The notes under the pieces are model-generated. The model did not search any database and was not told the origin of the DNA. It saw only the letters and a list, made by a program, of their open reading frames with translations. From the NCBI GenBank assembly GCA_050252035.1, contig JBFWLR010000007.1:73379-137378 (forward strand): 64,000 nt of DNA, given 5' to 3'. The translations under genes and the position numbers were made by a program. The first letter of the stretch is position 1. Every line of letters starts with the position of its first letter. This DNA comes from Xanthobacter sp. Lineage in GTDB: Bacteria > Pseudomonadota > Alphaproteobacteria > Rhizobiales > Xanthobacteraceae. Positions 42,736-52,327 of the stretch are shown one piece after another.

Positions 42736-43797
42736 TTAAGCGGATCGAAAGTCCCCAGCTTCGACCGATTGCCGCACCGTTTCGCGCCATGCCGTCCGTT
42801 CGCGAAACGCGGTCGGCGTTTCGTTGGCCCAACGCTTGAAGGCCTTTCGGAAGCTGGACGCGTCGGAAAACCCAAGACGTGCGGCCACTTTCTCGGTGGT
42901 CAGATTCGTATTGGACAGGAGTTCGCACGCAAGGCGACCGCGGATGTCCTCGGTGAGGTTCTGATAACTCACGCCAACTTCCATCAGGCGGCGCGTCAAC
43001 GTGCGTGGCGACATGTCGAACTGGTCGGCGATATGGGCAAGAGAGGGCGGGCGGCCGTTCGCGCTCCCTTCAAGGCATGCGGCCTTCACCGCATGGACGA
43101 TGGCCGGAGCGTCACCTTGGAGCGCGACGGTCATCTGCGTGCACATCTGCGCAGCCGCGCGATGGGCGAAAGAGCTTGCATTGGGGCAGGCTCGGTCGAG
43201 AATTGGGGCTTCGAAATGCCACTCGATGACTCCGGCATCGAAGATGACCTTATGACCAAAGGCCCGCGCATAGTCTGAGGCATGCGCAGGCGCTGGATAT
43301 GGCAGCAGAACCCGGAGGGGAATGACCTTGTCGCAGACCACCTGCTCGAAGAGTCGCCGCATCTTGCTGAAGGAGAATTCAACGATGGTCGGCAGCAACT
43401 GCCTAAACCCGATAATATCGTGTGCCTCTATGATGGCGGTGTCCCCCTGGAGGCGGAAAGAGCGCTCCAGGACCGAACCGGCGAGCCGAGCGTGAGTGAG
43501 GCCGAATCGCAGCGCGTCATGCACCGTTGGACAGGTGGAGACGGCAAAGCCGTAAATGCCATAGTCGCTCAGGCGATGTCGCAGCCCGGCTTTCATGGCG
43601 AAGCTCGGATCCCGACTAACCCGTCGCGCCAGTTCGAAAAACTTCAGCTTCTGGCCGAGAGAGATCCTGAGCGAGGGGTCATCGAGACCGGAAGGTTTGA
43701 GTCCGATGGGCCGCAGCAAATCCTCTCGCAATTCTCCCTGCTGTTCCAGTTCCTGGCAGAGCGCTCCCAGACCGACCGTGGACACGGTGTATTCCAT
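42736..43797 (-). CDS. AraC family regulator
   Basis: C-terminal MSPRTLTRRL...LGFSDASSFRKAFKRW; start MEYTVSTVG. Confidence 0.9.
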   Translation of the reverse strand: MEYTVSTVGLGALCQELEQQGELREDLLRPIGLKPSGLDDPSLRISLGQKLKFFELARRVSRDPSFAMKAGLRHRLSDYGIYGFAVSTCPTVHDALRFGLTHARLAGSVLERSFRLQGDTAIIEAHDIIGFRQLLPTIVEFSFSKMRRLFEQVVCDKVIPLRVLLPYPAPAHASDYARAFGHKVIFDAGVIEWHFEAPILDRACPNASSFAHRAAAQMCTQMTVALQGDAPAIVHAVKAACLEGSANGRPPSLAHIADQFDMSPRTLTRRLMEVGVSYQNLTEDIRGRLACELLSNTNLTTEKVAARLGFSDASSFRKAFKRWANETPTAFRERTAWRETVRQSVEAGDFRSA

Positions 43798-44166
43798 CTG
43801 TAGCACTCTGGCTGGCGAATGCGCGCGTCGAGAGCAACCGCGCGAGGAGAATGCCGCCTGTGCATTTCGAGTCTTCTCCTTCATCCTCTTCCTCCCCCGG
43901 AGAATGGCGGCGAGCCGCCCGAATGATGACCCACCGACGCATCGTTCCGATTCCCGGCGAGGCGTCGGCGTTTCGTTGCGGCGCAGGGTCAGCTCCACAA
44001 GGCCGTCTCAACACCGCGCGAAGGGCCACACGGGACATATGCCGCAAGGAACGGAAGGGGGGAGCCCGGGAAATGGCCTGGAGACCTCGGCGCGTGACGT
44101 CGCTCTGCTTTTGCGTGGAAGGTCCGTTCCCCTCTCTCATTCACGAACTGGCCATTTCAGCCCTTT

Positions 44167-45051
44167 TCACTGAGCAGCCTTCGCTTCGCGGGCTTTGAGG
44201 ATATTGAGTGCGACGTCGACGATCATGTCTTCCTGGCCACCGATCATGCGGCGCTTGTCGAACTCGGTGAGGATGTCTCGGGCGTCGACGCCATAGGTCT
44301 TCGCGGCATTTTCCACATGACGCAGGAAGCTTGAATAGACTCCGGCATAGCCCAGCGACAGGCTCTCGGGATCCACCCGAACCGGGCGATCCTGAAGCGG
44401 ACGCACAATGTCGTCGGCGGCGTCGATGAGCATGTGCAGGTCGCAGCCTGTTTCGATGCCCATCCGGTCGAGCACCGCGATGAGTGCCTCCAGCGGCGCG
44501 TTGGCCGCGCCCATGTGCCGGCGAGGGACGAATCCACCCGCACCGCGCCGGCCTCGATGCCCGCCACGGCATTGGCGACGCCGAGCGTAAGGTTGTGATG
44601 GGTGTTGCACGCCGATCTCGGTCTCCGGCTTCAGCGCCCCACACACCGCCGTCACCCGCTCGGCATACTGGGGCGGCAGAAGCGCGCCGGTGGAGTCCGT
44701 CACATAGACGCATTCGGCGCCATAGCTCTCCATGAGCAGCGCCTGCTCCACGGGCGCGATCTCCCAACCGTCCGGCCCCGCCATGTCGTCGAACAACATG
44801 CCGTAATCGGGCTGGTCCATGCCGAGATGCTTCTGCACCGCCAGCGAGGTGAGGCCGATCTTGCGGCCCACCAGACGCCGGCCCTCATCGAGCGCGCGCT
44901 TGGTGTTCACCTCCTGCGCCGCATAGGCAAGGTCTAGCGCGCCTTTAGGCAGGAACTCGCGCACCGGCGAGCACGCCTTGCCAGAGCCATGCGCGGCAAA
45001 CAGCTGTGCGGCGACATCATCGACCACAGAGCTCCAGATTGGATCCCACAT
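44167..45051 (-). pseudogene. mhpD'-'mhpE: In-frame fusion of 2-oxopent-4-enoate hydratase 5' part to 4-hydroxy-2-oxovalerate aldolase 3' part
   Basis: N-terminal GRKIGLTSLAVQKHLGMDQPDYGML (MhpD/HsaE-type) joined near 44751 to LMESYGAECVYVTDSTG...LGYAGVYSSFL...GGQEDMIVDVAL (MhpE/DmpG-type); two compensating frameshifts near the HHNL motif. Confidence 0.9.
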
Positions 45052-45074
45052 AATGACCTCTTAGCGGTATTCCG

Positions 45075-45614
45075 TCAGCCGGGGCGAAACTCATCCAGAG
45101 GACTGAAGCCGCCATAGCGGGCATCCAGATAGATCAGGGGTTCGACGCATTCTCGCCGTGCCGCCTCCAGGACCGTGCCGAAGACCACAACATGAGTGCC
45201 CTGAGGAACGATGACGGTGCAGCGGCAAGCGAAGCTCGCCTGGGCGCCAGACACCACCGGCGCGCCGGTGCTTTCGGCAGGCTCGAAGAACTTCTCACGG
45301 TCCTGATGCGGCGTTCCGCCGGCACAGTCCTGCGCCACCGCCATCTGGTCGCGGGTCAGGGCCGAAACTGAGAAGAGCATGCCTTCCTGAAGCTCCTTTG
45401 CCAGGGCACCCGTCGTGTTCAGGCACAGCGCAAGCATCGGCGGTTCCAGGCAGACGGACACCACCGCCGTCGCCGTGGTGGCGAAGAAAGCGGCATCCTC
45501 TCTTTTCATGGCGACTACATGCACGGTCGCCGCCACGCCGCGCAACACTTGCCGCATGGCGGCAGGCTCCATGACCGCCTCGGATAAGCTATGCATGCCG
45601 ACCTCGATCTTCAT
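45075..45614 (-). CDS. Flavin reductase (HsaB/HpaC-like)
   Basis: ATAVVSVCLEPP, FSVSAL, GTHVVVFGTV...PLIY...YG. Confidence 0.88.
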   Translation of the reverse strand: MKIEVGMHSLSEAVMEPAAMRQVLRGVAATVHVVAMKREDAAFFATTATAVVSVCLEPPMLALCLNTTGALAKELQEGMLFSVSALTRDQMAVAQDCAGGTPHQDREKFFEPAESTGAPVVSGAQASFACRCTVIVPQGTHVVVFGTVLEAARRECVEPLIYLDARYGGFSPLDEFRPG

Positions 45615-45649
45615 CTTCCACCTCAATTCCCCAAATCCGGCACTCGACC

Positions 45650-46090
45650 TCAAGCGCATGGCGCGCCGCCATTTTCGACGCCCCGGGCGATCTGGACACG
45701 CAGCCCTTGGGATGCGCTCTTCTGGGCGATCCATTTCAGATGGGCCGTGAAGATGCCCCTGTCCCGGATGCTTCGAAGGCATTCCTCTGCGTCGTCCGAG
45801 AGCACGAGGGGCGGTCCGTCCGGCGCGCGCGAAAGCGCATCCAATCCGGCCGCACGCACCATCTTCTCGTGAATGCGGCCGGCCTCGACCCGCATTTGCT
45901 CGACAATCGCGCCCTCGGTCGCGCCGGGTCCCAAGGGGCGGCGTCGGAAGCCGAGAAAGGGGTGCCCGTTCTCGACCAGCACGAAACATTCGAGCCACCC
46001 GCCGCCACCAGCCTCCACCGCGACCGTCAGAGCCGCGGCGAAGGGGAAAGGGCAGGTCGTGGACGCGCGAAAGAAGCAGATCACCTCCAT
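45650..46090 (-). CDS. Hypothetical protein (146 aa) inside the catabolic operon
   Basis: Co-oriented, GGGAG RBS before ATG 46090, fills the gap between hydrolase and reductase. Confidence 0.5.
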   Translation of the reverse strand: MEVICFFRASTTCPFPFAAALTVAVEAGGGGWLECFVLVENGHPFLGFRRRPLGPGATEGAIVEQMRVEAGRIHEKMVRAAGLDALSRAPDGPPLVLSDDAEECLRSIRDRGIFTAHLKWIAQKSASQGLRVQIARGVENGGAPCA

Positions 46091-46130
46091 GGACGCTCCC
46101 GCCCTCTTCCAGAGCCCGAGGCGGGCAGCC

Positions 46131-46973
46131 CTAATGTGCCGCCAGAAAACGAATGGCCTCGGAGTTGAACGTCTCTCGATGTTCGACCTGAGCCCAATGA
46201 CCGCACCGAGACAGCAAGATGATCCGGCAATCGGCGATGCCGCGGGCAAGGATCGGTGCCGTGTCCACCGGGCAGAAATTGTCCTGCGCACCCCAGAAGG
46301 CGAGGGTCGGACAGGTGATCGCAGCGATCTGTTTCGACATATCGTCGATCTTCAATGTCGAGAGCACCTGACGTGGCTGCGTTTTGGCCACCGCCAGCCG
46401 TTCCTGGATGAGCGCATCCGAAATCAGTCCCCGATCGAACACCTGCAGATCGAACACCTGTCTCAGCTTCGCGGCCGTGGGGCCTCCGGGCCCCAGCAGC
46501 GCCCACATCATTGCCCGGATGCCGGACATCCGGATATAGCGCAGCTTGCCAGCAAGTCCGCCCGGCGCCAGCAGAACCAGTTTCCGCACAAGCTTCGGAT
46601 GGTCCAAAGCGAAGCGCAACGCGACTGCGCCGCCCAGGGAATTGCCGACGATGTTGACCGCCCCGAGGTCAAGGCGTTCGACCAGCGCCGTGAGCGCCTT
46701 CACATGGAAAGCAAGGTCATAGCGCTGATCGGCGGGCTTGGTTGAGTTGCCGTAGCCGATGAGATCAAGGCCGATGCAACGAAACCCCGCCTCGGCGAAT
46801 TCCGGCATATTGCCGCGAAAATTGCTCCAGGCGCTCGCCCCTGGCGCACTGCCATGGATGAACACGGTCGGGGAACCCTCCCCGACCTCCACATAGTGCG
46901 CCCGCAAACCCGGCTCAATGTCGACGAACCCTTCCGTCTTCCGGATCGGTGCCATTGCCTCAGCCATGCTCAC
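46131..46973 (-). CDS. Meta-cleavage product hydrolase (BphD/HsaD/MhpC-like)
   Basis: FIHGSAPGASAWSNF, GNSLGG nucleophile elbow, CGHWAQVE. Confidence 0.92.
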   Translation of the reverse strand: MSMAEAMAPIRKTEGFVDIEPGLRAHYVEVGEGSPTVFIHGSAPGASAWSNFRGNMPEFAEAGFRCIGLDLIGYGNSTKPADQRYDLAFHVKALTALVERLDLGAVNIVGNSLGGAVALRFALDHPKLVRKLVLLAPGGLAGKLRYIRMSGIRAMMWALLGPGGPTAAKLRQVFDLQVFDRGLISDALIQERLAVAKTQPRQVLSTLKIDDMSKQIAAITCPTLAFWGAQDNFCPVDTAPILARGIADCRIILLSRCGHWAQVEHRETFNSEAIRFLAAH

Positions 46974-47293
46974 AGTACCGTCATGATTTTCGGCGCGAGG
47001 GTCAGCCCACGCAGCCGATCACCCTCGAAGCGGATCTTGCGGGTCATCGCAGCAACGTGCGGCGCGAGCTTCTTCGAGCGCAGATCAAGCCAGACGTTCA
47101 TTGGCGCAAGGATGGTGAAGTCGGCTTCCCCTTCCACGTCGCGCGTCAGCGTCGGCTCGTCCTGGCGCGCGTCGATGAAGACATTTCCCTCCCCATCGAA
47201 GACGAACTTCATGGTGATCCCGAGGTTTCCGAGGCCGCGGACCTTGTTGGAGAGTTCTTCCGCGAGAGCATCAAAAGTCGGCTGATCGGACAT
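46970..47293 (-). CDS. SCP2 sterol/lipid-binding domain protein
   Basis: 107 aa; EADFTI...AAMTRKIRFEGD pattern typical of SCP2. Confidence 0.75.
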   Translation of the reverse strand: MSDQPTFDALAEELSNKVRGLGNLGITMKFVFDGEGNVFIDARQDEPTLTRDVEGEADFTILAPMNVWLDLRSKKLAPHVAAMTRKIRFEGDRLRGLTLAPKIMTVL

Positions 47294-47330
47294 GTTTTAA
47301 TCCCTTCATCAAATTTCGATGTGCCTGACG

Positions 47331-48215
47331 TCAGTCCTTATGACCCCAGGAGCTGATGGCGTCATAGGTCTGGACTTCCCATCGATCCTCGTCGTCGATC
47401 AGGACCCCGTCGGTGCCGTATTCGATCGCGAAATGACTGGGCGTGCAGACATAGAAGGACAGCATCCGGTCATTGGGATGCCGGCCGATATTCATGTAGA
47501 AGTTGATCTCCTGCCGTTTCGCCCGCTCGAGCGCGAGCCCGACCGTATCGACGGTTTCCACTTCGAACATCACATGGTTGAGCCGGTGCGGCATGGGCAC
47601 CCCGGCGAGGGCGAGGGTGTGGTGCCGCGGGTTCACATGAAAGAAGGTGAAGTTGATCGGCAGGCCCTGGATGTCCTGCACGATATAGTCCGATAGCTTG
47701 AATCCCAGCACGTCGCGATAGAAGACCTCGCACGCGGGAAGATCCATCGCCCCGATGGCGATGTGGCCGAAGCCCAATTCCCCCGTCAGATAGCCTCCGG
47801 GCACCAAGGGAAGCACGAGGTCATCGCACTTCTCCTTCGGATTACATGAAATCTCAATCCGAAGCCCCTCCGGATCGCGAAGCCAGATCATCGCCTCCAC
47901 GTCGCGTTCGGTCAGTTCAGACGCCGTGGCGGGAAAAACCTCGACCCCTTTGTGCCGCAGATCCTGCTCGAACGCCTTCAGCGCGTCGACATGAGCCACC
48001 TGGAAGCCCGCTGCCCAGATGTCCTCGCTCGCCTCGCCGCCTTTGACGCCCTTGATCAGGAGCCGATAGGAGCGATTGTCCATGCGGACCCGCAAAAAGG
48101 TGCCGTCGGGGTCTTCACTACAGGTCATGCCGAGAAAGTCCGTCACATAGGACTTCCAGGCCTCGCTCTTGTTCGATTCGATGATGATATAGCTGAGTTG
48201 CCGGATGCCGCTCAT
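47331..48215 (-). CDS. Type I extradiol ring-cleavage dioxygenase (BphC/HsaC-like)
   Basis: Two VOC domains; FGHIA, RHHTLAL, LNHVMFEV, GRHPNDRMLSFYVCTPS..IEYG with Fe ligands H,H,E present. Confidence 0.93.
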   Translation of the reverse strand: MSGIRQLSYIIIESNKSEAWKSYVTDFLGMTCSEDPDGTFLRVRMDNRSYRLLIKGVKGGEASEDIWAAGFQVAHVDALKAFEQDLRHKGVEVFPATASELTERDVEAMIWLRDPEGLRIEISCNPKEKCDDLVLPLVPGGYLTGELGFGHIAIGAMDLPACEVFYRDVLGFKLSDYIVQDIQGLPINFTFFHVNPRHHTLALAGVPMPHRLNHVMFEVETVDTVGLALERAKRQEINFYMNIGRHPNDRMLSFYVCTPSHFAIEYGTDGVLIDDEDRWEVQTYDAISSWGHKD

Positions 48216-48236
48216 GGTCGTAAGGCTCCGTCTTGC

Positions 48237-49448
48237 TCAGATGAACAGGCCGAGCATGTCGCTCGGAACGTCTCCGAGGGCGATACGCCCGAACACGCTG
48301 CCCCATTTCGTGCGATTGTTGATTGCGTGGACGCGTGCGGCCTGGATGTCCCGGTACAGGCACTGAATGGGCTGACTCATGACCAGCGAGCGGGCGCCGC
48401 TGGCGACGAAGATCTTGTCCGCCGCAAGCTGGGCGAATTCCACGAGGTTGCAATGATCGAAGCGGTAGCGGGCACGCTGTGCAAGATCCAGAATGTCGCC
48501 GCTGTCGACCTTATCCATGATTTCATTGTAATTGGCCGCCAGTTGCAGGCGTGCCGCGCGCAGATAGGCATCAGCTTCGGCGATACGGAGCTGCGTCGAT
48601 TGCTCTTCGGCCCAGCGGCTGCCCGTATAAACGCTCGCCGCCTGGGCGCAGTTCTCGACAAAAATGTCGAGCATGCGCTGCGCGGCACCCAGGGCGGGTG
48701 TGGTGATGCACGCGCCGAAGATCGTCGGGAAGGGCACCATGAACAAAGGCGCATCCGCCGTTCCCTCGGCCAGGCCCGGCGTCGAGAAAGTCTGGCTGGC
48801 CACGATCGGTAACTGCCGATACAGCGGAACGAAAGCGTTCTTGACCTCGACGCTCTTGCTGCCCGTGCCCCGAAGGCCCATCACATCCCAGTCTTCGATG
48901 ATCTCGAAGTCGCTCTTGGGAAGCAGAAAAGTGCGATAGTCGGGAAAAGGCGCATCGCTCTTGATCGTGCCGCCCAGGAGAATCCACTGCGCATGGTCCA
49001 CGCCGCTGGAATAATGCCAACGGCCGCTCAGAATGCATCCCCCCTCGACCTCTTCCACTGTTCCAGTGGGCGCGTAGGACGACGACAACAGGACGGTGGG
49101 GTCCTCTGCCCAGACATCCTCCTGCGCTTTCTTCGAAAAATGAGCGAGCTGCCAGTTGTGGACGCCGAGGACACCCATGATCCACGCGCTGGACGGACAA
49201 GCCTGCGCCAAGAGTTCCTGCACGTGGAAGATATCGGCGGGATGGGACTGGTATCCACCCCAATAGGCGGATTGGAACATCCTGAAAAAGCCAGCCGACT
49301 GGAAATCGCGGATGGTGTCAGGACGCACGGATCCGAGACGTTCGGTTTCCCGTGCCCTCTCACGAAGGCGTGCTTGAATATTTTCAGCTCTTTTTAGGAG
49401 TTCTGAGGCTTTAAGCTCAGGTGCATCCACCGTTGCATTGATATTCAT
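48237..49448 (-). CDS. Two-component flavin monooxygenase, oxygenase subunit (HsaA-like, ACAD fold)
   Basis: ACPSSAWIMGVLGVHNWQLA, LSSSYAP, GRWHYSSGVDHAQW, DWDVMGLRGTGS, YRDIQAARVH. Confidence 0.9.
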   Translation of the reverse strand: MNINATVDAPELKASELLKRAENIQARLRERARETERLGSVRPDTIRDFQSAGFFRMFQSAYWGGYQSHPADIFHVQELLAQACPSSAWIMGVLGVHNWQLAHFSKKAQEDVWAEDPTVLLSSSYAPTGTVEEVEGGCILSGRWHYSSGVDHAQWILLGGTIKSDAPFPDYRTFLLPKSDFEIIEDWDVMGLRGTGSKSVEVKNAFVPLYRQLPIVASQTFSTPGLAEGTADAPLFMVPFPTIFGACITTPALGAAQRMLDIFVENCAQAASVYTGSRWAEEQSTQLRIAEADAYLRAARLQLAANYNEIMDKVDSGDILDLAQRARYRFDHCNLVEFAQLAADKIFVASGARSLVMSQPIQCLYRDIQAARVHAINNRTKWGSVFGRIALGDVPSDMLGLFI

Positions 49449-49783
49449 GGCTGGCGTTTCCTCCAATGAAAGCGAGCAGGAACGTCGTCGCAAAGTTGTC
49501 CTTTGCGCGCGCGGAGTGTTCAGACGAGAAAATGACGTCGCGCATGGTTCATGCGCGCATGTCTCAGCCTTCGCGCGAAGTGTTCCTTGCGCCAAAAGGG
49601 AAGCGGAAGACTTCGTGCGTTATCGCAGACCACTCAGGGGCGCATCGTCGATGGCACCGGGTGGCAGTGCGGTCTTTGCCGCCCCGCGATGGGCCCACGT
49701 CAAATGACGCGTCAAATTTCAGGGTTTGGCGTAAAAGCCGTGATTATGTTTTTTCGGCATCGTTATTCCTCTGAGTTCAAAAA

Positions 49784-49799
49784 TGAACACATGTGATCA
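49784..49799. promoter_or_regulatory. Palindromic operator candidate
   Basis: TGAACACATGTGATCA (core CACATGTG) between the monooxygenase operon and the divergent tetR. Confidence 0.55.
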
Positions 49800-49973
49800 A
49801 TTCTGTCAATAGGCGGAGTTGCCGTTTCCGGCGCCCCTGCGGCATAGCGCATGAGCATGGCTTGCGCCGAGTGTGGTAAGAGTCGGCCAGATATCGCTCG
49901 CGGCCGGGTGCGAGCCGGCTTTCGTGCAGTTTTAAACAGCAATGTATCGCGGCCCACCGGAGCGGACCTGGCG

Positions 49974-50615
49974 ATGGAGAGTCGATTGGTGATGGCGGGA
50001 AACAGTTCGCAGCAACAGATCTATAGGGCGGCGGTTCATCTTTTCGCCGAGCGCGGCGTGTCACAGGTGACCGTCAAGGACCTAGCCCAGGTGGCTGGCG
50101 TCGCCAGGGGTACAATATACAATAATATCAAGGATATGGATCAACTTTTCGAGGACGTCGGGCTCAGTCTTGCCAGCGACATGAACGACCGTGTCATCCG
50201 CAGCTGCGGAGATTTGGCGGACCCGGCGGTCAGGCTTGCGACCGGCATGCGCCTTTATGTGCGCCGGGCGCACCAGGAACCGGATTGGGGCCGCTTCGTC
50301 CACCGTTTCGGGTTCTCCATCACCTCGATGAAGGGCATCTGGAACAATCGGCCCCTGGATGATTTGCGTGACGGGATTCGAATGGGGCGTTATTCTATCC
50401 AGAACGAGCAATTGACGTCGGCCATCAGCTTCGTCGCCGGCACGACGATTGGGGCGATTTATCTGGTTCTTGAGGGTGCCAATACTTGGCGTGCCGCCGG
50501 CTCGGACGCTGCGGAACTGACCCTGACTGGCCTGGGGGTGCCCCGGCATGAAGCGCGAGCCATCGCCGCAGCCGAACTGCCGCAGCTTGTCTCTTCCGAA
50601 GCCTGGGCGGACTGA
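49974..50615 (+). CDS. TetR family regulator
   Basis: VTVKDLAQVAGVARGTIYNN HTH; start 49974 or 49992. Confidence 0.9.
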   Translation: MESRLVMAGNSSQQQIYRAAVHLFAERGVSQVTVKDLAQVAGVARGTIYNNIKDMDQLFEDVGLSLASDMNDRVIRSCGDLADPAVRLATGMRLYVRRAHQEPDWGRFVHRFGFSITSMKGIWNNRPLDDLRDGIRMGRYSIQNEQLTSAISFVAGTTIGAIYLVLEGANTWRAAGSDAAELTLTGLGVPRHEARAIAAAELPQLVSSEAWAD

Positions 50616-50636
50616 AGTAATCCTCGTTCGGTCGTA

Positions 50637-51477
50637 GGCCGTGGCCCCATATATTTCCGTGGCTGGGCGTGTCGGGATTCAAGCTTTCGAACCGGAAGCC
50701 TGAGAGATGCACCGCTACGAACCGGCCGAGGAGGAATGGGCATTCTTCTTGCCCTTCGTGACGATGCGCGGACCACGCAGCGGTTGGCGGCCTTGGGATC
50801 ATCGGCTTGTCCTCGACGGCGTCTTTTGGATTGCCAGAACCTGTGCGCAATGGCGTTATTTGCCTGATTTCTTCGGCAAATGGTCGTCGGTCTATCGCCA
50901 GTTCAGCCGATGGACCCTCGCAGGCCTCAGGGATCTCCTGCTTAATGCCTTGAACGCCCCAAGGGCGTCGGGGAGACGGTCCAGATGATCGACAGCACCG
51001 TCATTCGGGCGCTCCACTGTGCCGCCGGCGCAAAAAGGGGACACAGCAACAGGGTCTTGGGCGCTAGCAAGGTGGGTTTTCGACCAAAATTCATCTCTGC
51101 ACCAACGGTGCAGGCCTTCCCATAGCAGTCGACATAGGCTTCGGCCAAGCCTCCGACTACACGGGCGCTTTGCCTTTCCTTGACGCCGAAGGACCGGAGC
51201 CGAAGGTTCTTCCTGCCGATCGCGGATATGATGCCGGCGAAATCCGAACGGTGATGGAAGCACGTGGCCTCATTCCGATGCGGTGTGGAGCCGAAAGGTC
51301 CAGGTTCTCATCGACGACCACTTCTACGCGCTACGTAACCGGATCGAGCGCTGCTTCAACAACTTGAGGAATTGGTGCCGCCTGGTCACCCGCTAGGACA
51401 AAACCGCCGACAGTTATCTCGGTTTCGTCCTCATCGCAGCCGTACGATTATGGACGAGCGTATTCGTCAACAGGATC
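50637..51477 (+). mobile_element. IS5-family element, degenerate, 841 bp
   Basis: TA-flanked; DHRLVLDGVFWIARTCAQWR, IDST and RNRIERCFN pieces broken by frameshifts and stops. Confidence 0.85.
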
Positions 51478-51479
51478 TA

Positions 51480-52325
51480 GGATGGGGACTCGTTCATATC
51501 CATTCGCTTACAGCAGCGACGAGAGCAACGGCGGACAGGTAGTTTGTTGCCAGTCGATCATATCGTGTTGCGATGCGGCGCCAGTTCTTGAGGCGGCAGA
51601 AGAGGCGTTCGATGACGTTTCGTCTTCGATATGCTTTTCGGTCGAGAGGATATGGGGTTCTTCTTGCGGCAGATGATGGGATCACGGCCTCGACCTTCGA
51701 TTTTGCCAGCCATTGCCACAGGCTGTCAGCATCGTAAGCCTTGTCGGCGAGGAATCTGCTCGCTGGGCGGGCGGCCTCCAGCAAAGGGATGGCCATTTTG
51801 ATGTCTGCGACGTTTCCGGGTGTCAGGGCGAAAGCGACCGGTCTGCCGCGATCATCGGCCAGACAATGGATTTTGCTTGTTCTTCCGCCACGCGAGGTGC
51901 CAATCGCCTGAGCCCACGCCCCCCTTTTGAGCCTTGGGCGGAGCGATGTGCCTTGATGTGCGTGCTGTCGACGGAAAGCTCTTCGGGCACAGGGCCCGAT
52001 GCAGCCATCCTTTCGAAGAGGCGGTGCCAGATGCGCCGTTGCGACCAGCGATGATAACGGTTGTAGATGGTTTTTGCTGGTCCGTATTCAACCGGAACAT
52101 CACGCCAGCGGCATCCGACTTTCAACACATGAAGAATGCCCGAGATGACCCGTCTATCATCGACACGCCGTGCTCCAGGCTGGTTCTTGGGTAGATGTGG
52201 TTCAAGCGCCTTCCAGGCTGCATCTAAAAGCCAAAACAGATCGCTCATCACTGTCTCCTCCGCGAAAAACTCAATCACACGAGGAAACAATCAATTACGA
52301 CAATAACTTGATTAGGTCCACATCC
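51480..52325 (-). mobile_element. IS5-family element, 846 bp
   Basis: IRs GGATGGGGAC / GGATGTGGAC; DDRRVISGILHVLKVGCRWRD, VDSTHIKAHR, RRNVIERLFCRLKNWRRIATRYD; internal stop in orfA. Confidence 0.9.
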
Positions 52326-52327
52326 TA

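Noticed and set aside
49652-49668. Sigma54 promoter for the monooxygenase operon
   Set aside because: TGGCAC is on the wrong strand and lacks the -12 TTGC.
45075-50615. Calling the cluster a complete steroid degradation locus
   Set aside because: No kstD, kshAB, 3-beta-HSD or HIP genes in the window and no KstR-type box; steroid remains only one hypothesis.
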